Shown one piece after another: positions 29,763 through 44,359 of a stretch of DNA of 64,000 nucleotides. Numbering within the stretch: position 1 is the stretch's first letter; each line of letters begins with the position of its first letter. This stretch comes from Octopus vulgaris. Taxonomy: Eukaryota. The stretch lies in assembly GCA_951406725.2 (NCBI GenBank), contig OX597826.1:27342001-27406000 (forward strand). The letters are read 5' to 3'. The position numbers and the translations under genes are program-made. Under the pieces are notes generated by a model. It was given only the letters and a program-made list of their open reading frames with translations, ran no database searches and was not told the DNA's origin.

Positions 29763-30369
29763 GCAGACAGATGAATAGAAAGACAGATTGAGCTTAACAC
29801 CTATATTCACATTGAAATTCATCCAATATAAAGCAGGATATTTCATTTGACAAATCTTCATAAACCAACGTGAATATATGAGATGCGTTTGTTTGACGAT
29901 GATATCGGAGAATTTAATCTATTTTTAAGGGCGATAAAGATAATGTTATTGAATAATATAAACTGAAGATTGTGATATGGGATGAAAGCATTCCGTTTAA
30001 TTAGACGATGTGTGCGTATGATAAGACGATCGGAAACAAAATCCTTATAAGAGGTATCAATGATATACAATGATATCAAACGAGTTTAATAGTTAATGTG
30101 GAAGAGATTACAAGATAAATCCACTGGCTTTTAGAATTATAAACTGACACATACACGCAAACACAGATATATTGACAGCTTTTCGTATATGTTTTCATAT
30201 TCAAAATATATGACTTAATACTTACTTTAAGATCTGGTGAATTATTAACTGAAATCGTTTATGAGCCCAACACAGTAAATCTCTTCGACGTATCTGAATC
30301 TTTTATAAGGTTTCTAGTCATGAAAAAGAGAGAAAAATGAGTTAAAACGGAGAGTGAATCTGTTCTTCT

Positions 30370-30560
30370 TTTATTCTTTCATTCTTTCACTTGTTTTAGT
30401 CATTTGACTGTGGGCCATGCTTGGAGACCCAACTTTAGTCGATCAGATCGACTGCTAAGTGACGGGGGACATAAACACACCACCATCAGTTGTCAAGCGA
30501 TGGATGGGCGACAAACAGAGACACACCTACACACACACACACACATGCATATATGTATGT

Positions 30561-30633
<73 letters not shown>

Positions 30634-30790
30634 GCGGGTTTCTTTAAGCTTCTGTCTACCAAATTTATTCACAAGGCTTTGGTTGGCCCGAAGCTATAGT
30701 ATAAGACACTTGCCCAAGGTGTCATGCAGTGGGACTGAACCCGGAGCCATGTGGTTGGGAAGCAAGCCTCTAACCTCACAGCCACGCATG
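30370..30790 (-). mobile_element. SINE family A copy
   Basis: Reverse match to 31301-31735 with an internal deletion. Confidence 0.8.
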
Positions 30791-31300
30791 TGCTTGTTGT
30801 ATATGGAGAAATGGGTATATGTACGTTTTACCTTTTATCTTTTACTTGTTTCAGTCGTTGGACAGCGGCCATCCTGGAGCACTGCTTCGAATGGTTTACT
30901 CAAGGCAATTGACCCCAGGACTTGATATTTTTAAAGTCCTAGTATTTAGTTCATCGATTGTTTTGGCTGAGCCTCTAAGTTATGTGGACGTAAACAAAGC
31001 AAAGTCAGTTATCAAGCATTGTCGGGGAGAAAAAGACAACCACGACAACATTTGCACTTAATAATATATAAATAAATATGAATATATATGTGTATATGTA
31101 TATATACTCACACGTATATATGAATTATACATGCATACATACTTATACACATGCAAGCAGACATACTTATACATATACACACACATATATGCATGTATGT
31201 ATGTATGTATGTAGGTATATATGTACACATGTATAAAGGTAGATAAATAAAGATAAACAGACAAACAAACAGACAGACAGACAGACATATATATATATAT

Positions 31301-31474
31301 GGTGCAGGAGTGGCTGTGTGGTAAGTAGCTTGCTAACCAACCACATTGTTCCGGGTTCAGTCCCACTGCGTGGCATCTTGGGAAAGTGTCTTCTGCTATA
31401 GCCCCGGGCCAACCAATGCCTTGTGGGTGGATTTGGTAGACGGAAACGGAAAGAAGCCCGTCGTATATATGTAT

Positions 31475-31521
<47 letters not shown>

Positions 31522-31735
31522 AGATTTGTGTGTCTGTGTTTGTCCCCCTAGCATTGCTTGACAACCGATGCTGGTGTGTTTACGTCCCCGTCACTTAGCG
31601 GTTCGGCAAAAGAGACCGATAGAATAAGTACTGGGCTTACAAAGAATAAGTCCCGGGGTCGATTTGCTCGACTAAAGGCGGTGCTCCAGCATGGCCGCAG
31701 TCAAATGACTGAAACAAGTAAAAGAATAAAAGAAT
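31301..31735 (+). mobile_element. tRNA-derived SINE family A, best-preserved copy (about 20 full or partial copies in the window)
   Basis: A box TGGCTGTGTGG, B-box-like GGTTCAGTCCC, central (TA)/(TG) tract, 3' ACTAAAGGCGGTGCTCCAGCATGGCCGCAGTCAAATGACTGAAACAAGT and (AAAAGAAT)n-like tail. Confidence 0.9.
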
Positions 31736-31749
31736 AATACACATATAGC

Positions 31750-31792
<43 letters not shown>

Positions 31793-32409
31793 TTTGATAT
31801 GATGCGCTTCTTTAAGACTCCGCCTACCAAACCCAGCCACATGGCTTTAGTCGGTTCGGGGTTATAGTAGAAGACAGTTGCCCAAGGTGCCATTAAGTGG
31901 GACTGAACACTTAACCATGTGATGAGAAGTCAAACTTCTTACTAGAAAGCTACGCCTGCGCCCATGTATACAAGGCCAACGCTTGTAGTGTTTTTAGCAG
32001 CTTAAAATGAAGATCGAACCGAATAGACTCACAGTCCTTATGCTTCCTGAAGATTCATCTCAAATTCTCTTCTAAGATGACGAATGCTGGTAGACATATT
32101 TTTCTTTTATTTTCTATGAGGTTTTGAAATGTTTTGTAATGTTTTTTCTTTTCCTAATTCTTATATCGCATCTTTTTTTGAGTGCATTCCATTCTAAAAT
32201 TTTATTTTAATAAGAGAGTTCTGTAGTTCGCTTGAAGCATTGTGTATTGTTTGTAAAGAATAAAAAAATTTGAATGGTACAACTATGCACTATAATATAG
32301 ACAATGGGCTATATACCTGTTGTAATTTAGTCATCCATAGTCTGATATGATATTTCGGAATTATATCCTTTCTTCAGATATTCTTAGATGGAGTCGCTGC
32401 TACAATCGG

Positions 32410-32765
32410 CTTAAGTCGATCATATCGACCCTAGTGCGTAACTGGTACTTAATTTATCGACTCCGAAAGGATGAAAGGCAAAGTCGACTTCGGCAGAATT
32501 TGAACTCAGAACGTAACGGCAGACGAAATATCTAATTCTTTACTACCCAAAAGAGACTAAACGCAGAGAGGACAAACAAGGACAGACACACGCATTAAGT
32601 CGATTATATCGACCCAGTGCGTAACTGGTACTTATTTAATCGACCTCGAAAGGATGAAAGCAAAGTCAACCACGGCGGAATTTGAACTCAGAACTTAGAG
32701 GCAGGCGAAATACCGCTAAGCATTTCGCCCGGTGTGTTAACGTTTCCGCCAGCTCGCCGCCCTTG
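32410..32765 (-). mobile_element. Two adjacent SINE family B copies
   Basis: Reverse matches to 57828-58048. Confidence 0.8.
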
Positions 32766-33050
32766 GCGACTAACGATAATACAGTTATTTAACAAACGGT
32801 ATTGATTAAACATATGTCACGTTGACTGTAGAGAAATGTCGATGTTTCATTACGCTAAGAAATGGTTAAGGAGTACAATTAATTAATGTTTCATATCAGA
32901 ATTTCTGGACTGTAATAGAGAGTTTTCGAATTTGAAAATAATAGGTAATTTTAGGGTTTCAGACATCATAAGCGATAGAATAACGTTTGGAAAAATTAAG
33001 GAAAGAAAGAAGAGAGGCGTTTGCTCGATCAAGTATATGTACACACATCC

Positions 33051-33097
<47 letters not shown>

Positions 33098-33172
33098 ATG
33101 TGTGTACATATACTGGATCACTGAAAACTCTTCTCATATATATAAACGCACACAAACGCACATGTATATATG

Positions 33173-33213
<41 letters not shown>

Positions 33214-34399
33214 ATGCATAGATACGTATACAGTATGAGGAAGGGAAAAAGAAAGAGAGAGAGAGAATGTGTGTGTATAGGCGTTTATAATCAGATTATA
33301 TATACATACATACATACACACATACACATATACAGAAACACACCATACCCATAGACATATACATATGTACATACATATACATATACAAATACAAACATAC
33401 ATACATATATTCATATAAATATTCATATATATATTTACATATTTATATATATATATATACATTACAAGAGGAGGGAGTGTTAGATAGATGGAGATATAGA
33501 TGGATAAATGTTGAAAGTAGCGAAAGATGGAAGACTACTACAATACGATGGCGACTTAAACAGCGAAGACAAATCGAAAGGAAGAAAGAATGTAAAGGAA
33601 AAGCAAAAGAGAACAGACAGATGCAAAGTTGATAAAGGAGATAGGAAACATTAAAAACTAACAAATAAACAGGAAAGAAAGCGAGAAAGAAATAAAGACG
33701 GATGGAAAATAAGAGGAAGAGATAAAGCGACAAAGGTGAAATCCGTCTGAAAGCCACGTTAAGGCTATATACAAGACTTCAGTAGTGAGTTAAGCTAATC
33801 TTTTAAACATGTTTTATCACTTGCTGAAAAGATCTTAATATGTGATTTGAGGGGCGGTTTTGAGATAATCTGTGGATGGCAGAGAAAACGGTGGAATTAT
33901 GAAGAATATGGAAGCTAGAGAGAGATGAGATAATGGTGAGAAGTAGTGAGGGAGAAACAGAGAGAGAGGGAGAAACAGAGACAGAGGGGGAAAGAGGGAA
34001 AGAGAGAAAGAGAGAGAGGGAGGTAGAAACAGAGACGAAGAGGGAAAGAGGGAAAGCGAGAAAGAGAGAGAGAGAGAAGTGGTGCAGAGAAGGAAAGAGG
34101 AATAGAGGGAAAGGGATTGAAAGGTTCTGGGGAAAATGAAGTGAGAGTCAAATAGGAGCAAAAAGGATCATAAGTAATGCGGCTTTTAGAGTGAGTGAGA
34201 GAGAGAAGGGGGAGAGTAAGAGAGAGAGAGGGGTCTTGAGCGAGATAAAGGATTTGTAGGAAGAGAGAGCAATGGAAGAATATATTGGGATTATTTGTAA
34301 AAGCATAAGTGCCAAAAGATGGAGAGGAAGAAAGGTTGAATGGCCAAATCCATGTAGTTGCGTACACACACACACATGCAAATACATGTACAAATTAAA

Positions 34400-34443
<44 letters not shown>

Positions 34444-34485
34444 AATATGTACATATATATATATATATATATATATACATAAATA

Positions 34486-34531
<46 letters not shown>

Positions 34532-34540
34532 AATATGTAC

Positions 34541-34576
<36 letters not shown>

Positions 34577-34622
34577 ATATACAAACATAAATATGTATAT
34601 ATATATATACATATATATATAA

Positions 34623-34739
<117 letters not shown>

Positions 34740-35210
34740 TACATATACATATATACTGGGAGAGAGAGAGACAGAAAGACAGACGGACAGACAGAGAAAG
34801 AAAGAAAGAAAGAAAGAAAGAGCGTATAAAATAGAGATAGCGATTGTTAGAAAGAGGGAGATATTATACACACTTCTAAAATAGACATTATAATCAGAAT
34901 GAAATGAAAACGAATAAAGTATTCATATAAGAAGAATGCTATTATCTTCGGCGGCATAATTAGGATTTAAAACAAGTCTTTTAAAGAAATAGTAATAAAT
35001 GAAACACGAGAACGAGTGCTCAACACTGCATTGATGGATAAAATTTCATAACCCGTGTATTAACATTACCACAGGTTTCATGTTTAGAAACACATCTTAC
35101 TGCCTTAGCAATTTTTCAAGCTGATTACACAGAGGTATGGTGCTCGTCTCCATTTTAGATGAAAACGCAAAGCGTCTCGTGAAATGTCTCGGGAATTCAC
35201 AGACAACTTC

Positions 35211-35259
<49 letters not shown>

Positions 35260-35420
35260 GAGGGCATTATTATACATAGATGCCACATTAATATGTTCAA
35301 TAAATTAATATGTTCAATAAGAAAAAATTATTTTCGAAATTTTTCTCTTATGAGGTTTTTCACGCTATCTACCCGATAATTTCTTATTAAGATTCCTTAT
35401 TAAGAAGTTGTCCTTAATTG

Positions 35421-35459
<39 letters not shown>

Positions 35460-35462
<3 letters not shown>

Positions 35463-35680
35463 TCTTGTACTCTTTTACTTGTCTCAGTCATTTTCAATGT
35501 AGCCATGTTGGGGCATCGCTTCTAGTCGAGCAAATCGACCCCAAGCCTTATTCTTTGTAAGCCTAGTACTTATTCTATCAGAGTCTTTTACCGAACACCA
35601 ATGTTACGGAGACGTAAATACACCAGCATCAGTTGTCAAGTGATGTTGGGATACACACACAGACATATACAAACACATAT

Positions 35681-35713
<33 letters not shown>

Positions 35714-35870
35714 CATACGACGAGGTTCTTTCAGTTTCCATCTACCAGATCCACTCACAAGGCTTTGGTCTGCCCGAGGCTATAGTAGAAGACACTTGCC
35801 CAAGGTGTCACACAGTGGGGCTGAACCCAGAATCTTCTGGTTGGTAACGAAGCTACTTATCAGACAGCCT
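35460..35870 (-). mobile_element. SINE family A copy
   Basis: Reverse match to family A. Confidence 0.85.
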
Positions 35871-35901
35871 CTATACACACACACACACACACATACACAC
35901 A

Positions 35902-36007
<106 letters not shown>

Positions 36008-36315
36008 TTTGGAGAGGTCGAAACACAACCATTTTAACATTTTAAGAAACCTTAATTCCACGGTATGCACAGAGTTTCAAATATTATTTTAAATAAAATA
36101 TGTGAAAATTTTGTGTTATGTGACCCCTCGTACTCCTCGTATGTACCTCCCCCCAATTAAATACCCTAATTTTCTATATTATTCATATAATCTCTAATAC
36201 ATATATACTAAATTGCTTATGGATATATAATGTTTGATCACATTTCACAAGAAACCTTGTCTAAAACATCTGTTGAGTAAAGATAGTAAAAACATTGAGA
36301 GATAAGCTAATTGGT

Positions 36316-36890
36316 TGCTAGGTATCCCTCCAATATGGCAAAGTTAGAACTTTTCAATGTGTTGAATGAATTGTTTTGTTTTTTAGAGAATTTGCAAAAT
36401 TATTTTCTTTTGTTTTTCAACTAAATTTTAGAGCTAAATTGTATGGTAATTTTACAAGAATACCTACATGAATTTAAAGTGTAATAATTTAAGTGAATGA
36501 AATTATATAATGGCAACTAGAAATGAAGGCCGTAATTCAGCATTCGGATTTCCTGCAGAATTTCTTACAGCAATGATCCCATCAAAGGCTGACGTATTCC
36601 GATATTAATTATACCAAAAAAAACGTGAAGAACAGATATCAAAAACTTCACCCACAGCGAAAGTAAGTTACCAAATTGTTGTAGCAGATGTTTTGTCAAT
36701 ATGGGACAAGTATTCTTTCCCTTATACTGGGTTTTAGGGAATATCTCTAAAAATTGAGAGATTGATTGAATCTGCTCATAAATTAAACAAAATCTTATTT
36801 AGCAAAGAGAAAATAGTTTTAATAAGAAATTGAAAAATTTCAATGTAATGTTTGATATATGCACCTGCACGTGTTATGACAAGGAAATAT
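36316..36890 (+). pseudogene. Probable hAT (hATm-like) DNA transposon 5' remnant
   Basis: From ATG 36510: MATRNEGRNSAFGFPAEFLTAMIPSKADVFRY*..VVADVLSIWDKYSFP..KIERLI..MFDICTCTC; TAGGTATCCC upstream resembles a TIR. Family assignment is from recall. Confidence 0.5.
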
Positions 36891-37554
36891 AAAAAGTTTT
36901 GATCGTCATAGCCTATACGTGACAGACGACAATGAAAACATACGGGCAGATGGAAGATACAAAGACGGACAGGAAAACCAGGACGGAACGTTCATGACTT
37001 TCTATTCGTCAGTCAAATTCCAATTATCACGACAGTTTCGGCCTGTTGAACTTGGGACAGTTCAAAATTGGTAGGCCTCGAAAGTCAAAGCTAAGAGCAT
37101 TAAATTTTTGGATGAAAGTGGGTAAATATGTGCGGCCACAAGGACAAAAAACGGGAAAACAAGAAAACGGAGAAAATGTTAAAAGATTATAAATACAAAC
37201 AACAAGAATAACAACAGGTGTCTTTCAACTAAATGTACAAGTTAAGTTAAGCTGGCGGGTGAATTGGGAGCCTTGAGGCACAAACATAGATGAAAGTAAG
37301 GAGACGGGTTAATAAGATGTGTGAGCAGCGGTCAAGCCTAGAAAAATTAACCATGCTTGGCCGAACACCGGTCACGTGGGAAGATGGGAGGAACAGATTG
37401 TCCTAGGATTGAAGAATTAGGGAAGGAACCAGACAGAATGCCAAAAAATGAGAGAGGGGGAGCGAAAAAAGGAATATAAGGAATATATATATATATACAG
37501 TAGGACCTTCGTTTACGAAAGCCCCTGATCACGAATAAATTGTGCTTTATATAT

Positions 37555-37591
<37 letters not shown>

Positions 37592-38355
37592 CGTACATAT
37601 ACATATATATATATATATATATTATATACATCCATACATACATATATGCATACATACATTCATACATACATACATATATATATATATATAAGCACGATTT
37701 ATTCGTGATCAGATGTGTTCGAAAACCGAGGTACTACTGTATAAACATATATTTATACACACACACACACATACACACACACACGTGTGTGTGTATGTAT
37801 ATTAATTTATGTATCTCATGTGCTGGTAAGTAGTATAAGCTGTACGTGAACTAAACTTACCTGGAAAGATTTAGCTCAGAGCGCTGTATTATCCGTTTAC
37901 TGAAAAGATATTTGACTTCCGTTTCCAACCAAATTCGTTCAAATATGTACTGATTATATAATCGATTATATTGATTCCAAACTAGTAGAATCACGGTAAT
38001 CACTTCAAACCCTTGAAGTTAGTATCATATGGCGGCTGCATTGAAAGGAATAAAACTAGGAGGAATGGAATCGTTATCTCTGATGCTATCTCTTAATCGT
38101 TTCAATCATTGGAGTGCAATCATAATGGTGCACAGCCTTGGAGGCTGTTAGACCACCAAACCAACCCCTCAGTACTCATTTTATTTTAAGCCTGGTAATT
38201 ATTCTATCGAACGGTTTTGCCTAAACTCTACGTTACGAGGACGTAAACAAACCATCGGTGATAGAGTTAAATACAAACGAAAAAATAACACGGGCCTATA
38301 TATATATATATGCATATCTATATGTATCTATCTATCCTTTCTCTCACTCTCTCTC

Positions 38356-38463
<108 letters not shown>

Positions 38464-38539
38464 TATATATATATTGGTAAAGACGGTAAGATAACAAAAA
38501 AAAAAGAGATACCTCAATATTATGTAAATAAAGGAAATT

Positions 38540-38781
<242 letters not shown>

Positions 38782-38810
38782 AAGGGTGGAAAGGAACACA
38801 CGAGTTGATA

Positions 38811-39100
38811 TATATGAAAAAACAAGTCAAAAATAGAAAATGCTAACATAATTTTATAGTGAATATTTCAGTACCGGTTTCGGTCATTTTGAGACCTTTT
38901 CAACTGTAACGATTAAATAATTAAATTTAGAAAAATTAGAAGAAAACTTTTTTTAAAAGAATATTTCTGTAGTAGTGTTCAGATATAAGTAGCATTCTGC
39001 CTTTCTCTGACTCCCTTGTTTGCACTTGTGTGTTCGAGGTGAAAGATTCACTATAAAATTATGTTAGCATTTTCTATTTTTGACTTGTTTTTTCATATAT
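38811..39100. mobile_element. Family H5 fold-back element with ~60-bp inverted ends
   Basis: 38811-38870 is the reverse complement of ~39040-39099; lies among (TA)n. Confidence 0.75.
38869..38906 (-). ncRNA. Minimal hammerhead motif with U3:A8 core
   Basis: Reverse complement: CAG-TTGAAAA-GGTC-tcaaaat-GACC-GAAA-CCGG-TA-CTG; palindromic ACCGGT stem III, GUA site. Confidence 0.7.
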
Positions 39101-39335
39101 ATATAGTTGTGTGATCAGAAGTTTGCTTCTCGACAACATCGTTCCTGGTTCAGTCCCATTGCGTGCTACCCTGAGTAAGTGTCTTCTACTATAGAGTAGG
39201 GCAGACCAAATTTTTGTGAATGGATTTTGTAGACAGACAGAAACAGAACGAAGACTGTCGTATATATATATATATGTGTGTGTTCGGTTTTCGAACACAT
39301 CTGATCACGAATAAATCGTGCTTATATATATATAA

Positions 39336-39397
<62 letters not shown>

Positions 39398-39507
39398 GTG
39401 TTTGTGTGTGTGTATATATATATATTTATATAGATATATATATATTCATATATATATATATATGTATGTATGCATGTGTGCATGTGTGCATGCATACATA
39501 CATGTAA

Positions 39508-39585
<78 letters not shown>

Positions 39586-40402
39586 GGATGGATAGATAAA
39601 CAGACAGATTGATAGGGAGACGGCAGAGAGAGAGACAACACCCCTACATGTTAATGATTGGTAAAAAGATAAAACTTACTCTTCCTTAACAAAACTAAAC
39701 CAAAAAAAATAAACAAATAACGTTGAACAACTGCAGAAGAGGCAGGCAGTTGTTTTATTAGTGAAATGTCAGCATGGACGGATTAGATCGCTTCGAATCT
39801 GAGCGGCCATATTAGACAAAACGGCACCAAATGCTCCATAAGAGCTAATCTTATGGCCGCCATATCGTGTTGTTGGCTTTTTATATTTTTCTCTGTTATT
39901 TTTTTTCTTTGCATTCAATGCATTTCATTTCATTTTCCTACACCAAGGATTATTATTACAGAGACAGGCGTTACTTTGTGGTTAGAAAACTCGTTTCGTA
40001 ATTACGCGATTTTGTTTCAATCCTGTTGCACGTTACCTTGGGTAAGTACCTGCTACTATGACCTCCGACCGACCAATGTTTTGTAAGCGGATTTGGAAGA
40101 CGAAAACTCTGGAAGCTCATCTTGTATATTCGTTCATTTATATATTTATCTCTACCAATATGTTTGTGTATATCTTTTTGCACCACATACACACATATAG
40201 ATACCGCTTGTCAATAAGTGTTGGTGTGTTTACATCTCCGTCACTAAGCGGCTCGCTAAATACGTCGACAGATCAAGTACTGGAGTTGATTCGTTCACCT
40301 AAAACCCTTCTAGACAGTACCCCAGCATGCCTGCACCCTATTGACTGAAACGAGAAAAAGACAAAAATTTAAAAAGATTATTATTATTATTATTATTATT
40401 AC

Positions 40403-40449
<47 letters not shown>

Positions 40450-40451
<2 letters not shown>

Positions 40452-42311
40452 CTATGTTTGGCTTTTGCTTTATATTTGTACAAGTTGGCTCCAAGTCTCA
40501 CCCAGAGACCTCAAGAGACAACAGGTTGGAAGTTCATGTTGTTGTTATGCCTAGTGTGCCATATATTTGGGGGTTTTTTGGGGTCTTGTACTAGTGAATG
40601 TCTAAAAAAAAAAAGAACCGAAAATTATGTTTGTTTTAAACCTTGAGATTACATAGAAAGTATTTTGCGTAGGATATGAGCAGTTCCCATGAGCACTATC
40701 TTTTGAATTTCTGCCATTTTTGGGTTTCCTGGTATCTGAGTTAGGTAGCATCAGCCCCTTTTGCTATCATTCCCAGGGCACCTATGACAACAGGTATTGT
40801 TTTAGTCTTCAGCTTCCACATTTTGCTGATTTCTATTTCAAGATTTTTATATTTGCTCAGTTTTTGGTAGGTCTTGACATATACGTTTATATCGATTGGG
40901 ACAGTCATATCAATGAGGAGGCATGTTCTTTGTTTGAAGTCTTTCAATATGATGTCTGGCCTATTTGCATCTATCTTTTTGTCAGTTTGAATGGTGAAGT
41001 TCCAGAGGAGTGAGATGTGGTCATTTTCAAGCACTGGAGGTGGTTCGTGTTCCCACCAGTTTTTTTTTATGGGACAAATCCAGGTTTTTGCAAATTACCC
41101 AATGAATATATTGTGCAGATCTGTCATGCCTGTTGAGATACACTGTAGGCGCTAGAAGACTGCACTTGGAGACAACATGATCAATGGTTTCATTTTGTTG
41201 TTGACATACACAACATGTCGGGCTACTGCCGTTGTTTAATATGTTGGCCTGGTAGTTTCTTGGTAGGCATTGATCTTGAGCTGATATGATAAACCCTTCT
41301 GTTTCAGATTTTAAGCCAGAGGCCATTAGCCATTGATGGGTCAGGGCTTTGTCAACATCTGCATTATTCGCTCTCTTTGGGTGTTTGCCATAGAGAGGTT
41401 TTTCTTGCCATTTATCATTCTGAATATCTAAGGCCGCAGTTTTAGCACGGGTTTTCGTGCGTTTAGCTTTTTCTGTGCTTGCTTCTTGTATGTCTAATTC
41501 CGAAATTTGTTGTATTCGGAATTCACTTAGATATTCCTTTGCCTGTTTTGTTACTGAGTATGATGCTTTCTTGTTTTCATGTTTTGAGACAAGTTTTAAC
41601 ATCCAGTCCTCAGAGTTTTTCAGGTAGGTGTCTAGGCCAATTCTAGCAATCTTCATTGTTATTGCCAGTTGTAAAAGTCCACGGCCTCCCTCTTTTCTTG
41701 ACAGATAAAGTCGTTCTATATCTGCCTTAGGGTGGTGCATTCTATGTATTGTCAACAGTTTTCGTATTTTTCTGTCACGATTACATATTTCAGTAATTGA
41801 CCAGTTAACGATATTGAAACTGTAAGTCACGACTGGTATGGCTAAAGCATTGATCGCTTCGATCCTGTTTCTCGCATTCAGCTCTGTCTTGAGTATTGCT
41901 CTTACTCTGCGATAACATTCTCTCCTGATCCTTTCCTTCATCACTGAATGCCTTATTCCGTCCCCTTCAATTACCCCTAGGTACTTGTAGCTCTCCGCTG
42001 GGTCTAATTCTTTTATGACATTCTGCTGGTCAAGGTTAACGTTAGATGTTTCTGTCATTTTTCCTTTGATAAAGGTAGCTTTTGCACATTTATTGAGGCC
42101 AAATTGCATTCTGATGTCATCACTGAATTGTTTAACAATCGCTAGTAAGCCCTTGAGTTGTTGGTCGTTTTTTGCTAAGAGCTTTAAATCATCCATGTAA
42201 GTGAGATGATTTATATTTTTATCAAACATTTTATATCCGTACTGCGCGTCATTGAGCAATTTTGAGAGAGGTATGAAGGCTAAACAAAAGAAGAGTGGTG
42301 ATAGTGAGTCA
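40450..42311 (-). mobile_element. 5'-truncated R4/Dong-clade non-LTR retrotransposon (RT, CCHC, restriction-like endonuclease), frameshifted
   Basis: GDSLSPLFF at the truncation point, YMDDLKL, YKYLG, GGRGL, C-x2-C-x7-H-x4-C (CCVCQQQNETIDHVVSKC), RHD, NRPDIIL..LIDMTVP..KLSKY..IPVVIGALG, C-terminus GTAHILRKILSM*; (ATT)n on both sides. Confidence 0.92.
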
Positions 42312-42404
<93 letters not shown>

Positions 42405-42417
42405 TATTATTATTATT

Positions 42418-42693
42418 CCTTCTTTCTTCAAATTTTCTTCCGTTTCTTACCGAGTGTTTTCTGGGCAGAGAAGCTCATTGTATACAATCCCAGATTACAC
42501 ACGCAAATTCACAGGTAAAATATGTATTTAAAAAATAAAAAAATAAATATATTCATGAATGGATATTGTTTTCACAGCGATAATGCTCTTCTCAGTACAT
42601 GAGCCGTTCCAGTTAATACGATTTTTTGCACTTCCTGCAGAGATGGTAAGCCTGGTATCATTTTCAAATAGGTTTCAGTACCTTTTTTTATCA
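42418..42693 (-). pseudogene. 3' end of a second Dong-type subfamily (B)
   Basis: Minus translation KKGTETYLKMIPGLPSLQEVQKIVLTGTAHVLRRALSL* with a distinct 3'UTR; (ATT)n flanks. Confidence 0.8.
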
Positions 42694-42767
<74 letters not shown>

Positions 42768-42770
<3 letters not shown>

Positions 42771-42980
42771 TGTACAGCTTCTAAGGCTACAGATGTACTA
42801 CGGTGTCAGCTGTTCACTACCAGTGAACTAAGGTAACACCCCCTTATTTTTCGAACACCATCTGGAGTATTCGAGCGGTTCCTAGCAGTGCTGTTATCTG
42901 CAAGTGCTCAACCCTTATTGCAACCCCTATTTGTTCCATGTGCTTCTCAAGAACTGTACTCACTGTTCCCATGGCTCCGA
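42768..42980 (-). pseudogene. 3' end of Dong-type subfamily C
   Basis: Matches 8300-8510. Confidence 0.75.
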
Positions 42981-42999
42981 CGGGCGTTTGAACGTCGCT

Positions 43000-43360
43000 T
43001 AAAATGACTTATGGGGTTTATTCTGACGATATGTGCATCTCTGATCACGAGCAGAAATAGTGGGTTTTGGATAGTTCACCTCTGGAAACATGGGTATTTC
43101 GTTCATTGTCATTAAATAACCCTTATTCTAGGACCGTTTCAGTGGGAAGCGCTACTCAACCTCAAGAAAATTCTAACTGGGCCCCGCCTGTAAGGTCATG
43201 CGCCGTTTAACTTGATATAGGATCACCATGTCGCGCACATATTGTTGTGATGCATGTGCCTGGCGTAACCTTATTCGGAGGGTAGTCACGATGGGTGCAG
43301 TGGACTTGGTATATTTGTACCTAATGTCTCTTAGATGGCATGCGCTGCCCTCTCACTCAA
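43000..43360 (+). mobile_element. Repeat family X, copy 3
   Basis: Reverse complement of 52-420; ends in an (AAT)/(CAT) tract. Confidence 0.65.
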
Positions 43361-43815
43361 TCATAATAATAATGATCATCATCATCATCATCATCCTCAT
43401 CATCATCACCATCATCATGATTATGATCATCATGATCACAATTATCATAAAATAAATCACAGCCATCCCCCTCAACACCGCCGCCAGATGAAAGAGTGGC
43501 TGCAAGAGTAATAACATCGACATCCGCAACAACAAAAGTTGCAAACGAAATATTTTACGAGCTCAATCGATTCTCAATAAAATTTAAACGTACGTTATTT
43601 TCTGTGTGTGTGTGTGTGTGTATGTGTGTGTGTGTGTGTGTGTGTCTACGTCTGTTTATGTGTGTATGTATGTGTGTGTTTGTGCTTGTTTCTCTGAGTG
43701 CTTGCGTGTATGTGTCAATTATATGTATATGAATATCTATGTTTATTTATATATACATATATATGTATATATATGTATGCATGTATGAAAATTTGTATGA
43801 ACGAATGCATAGTAT

Positions 43816-43860
<45 letters not shown>

Positions 43861-44359
43861 GCACGAAGTGTGTATATATGTGTATGTACGTATGTATGTA
43901 TCTGTGTGTATATCTGTGAATATGACTGTCATTTTCAAAGTGTGAGTGCGTGCATGTGTGTTTGTATAACATTCATGTTTATTATGTGCGTACACAACAT
44001 ACATTTGAATGCGTATGCTTTAATTAGCATCTGCATGGGCGCGCACCCGCATATATGTGTACCCTTTTCCATGTGTTGGTATATATACATGCTTTTGCAT
44101 GTGTATATTTGCTTACACTGGTCAGTAAATGTGTGCGTCTGTATGTGTTTGTGTGTGTGTGCATATATATTCATACATACATACAGACACATGAACGCAA
44201 ACACACACATTTACATACTAGTATATGTAATGTATGTATATGTTGATATATGTATGCATATATTATGCATAAATATATATGTGTGCGTGTGCGCATATGT
44301 GTACATAGATACACAATACACACACATACATAAATACAAGTAAATGGAGTGGATGCACA

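Noticed and set aside
36910-37480. Purine-rich segment with reverse CTGACGA..GAACGTT
   Set aside because: Probably an old repeat, but neither a hammerhead fold nor a protein motif could be supported.
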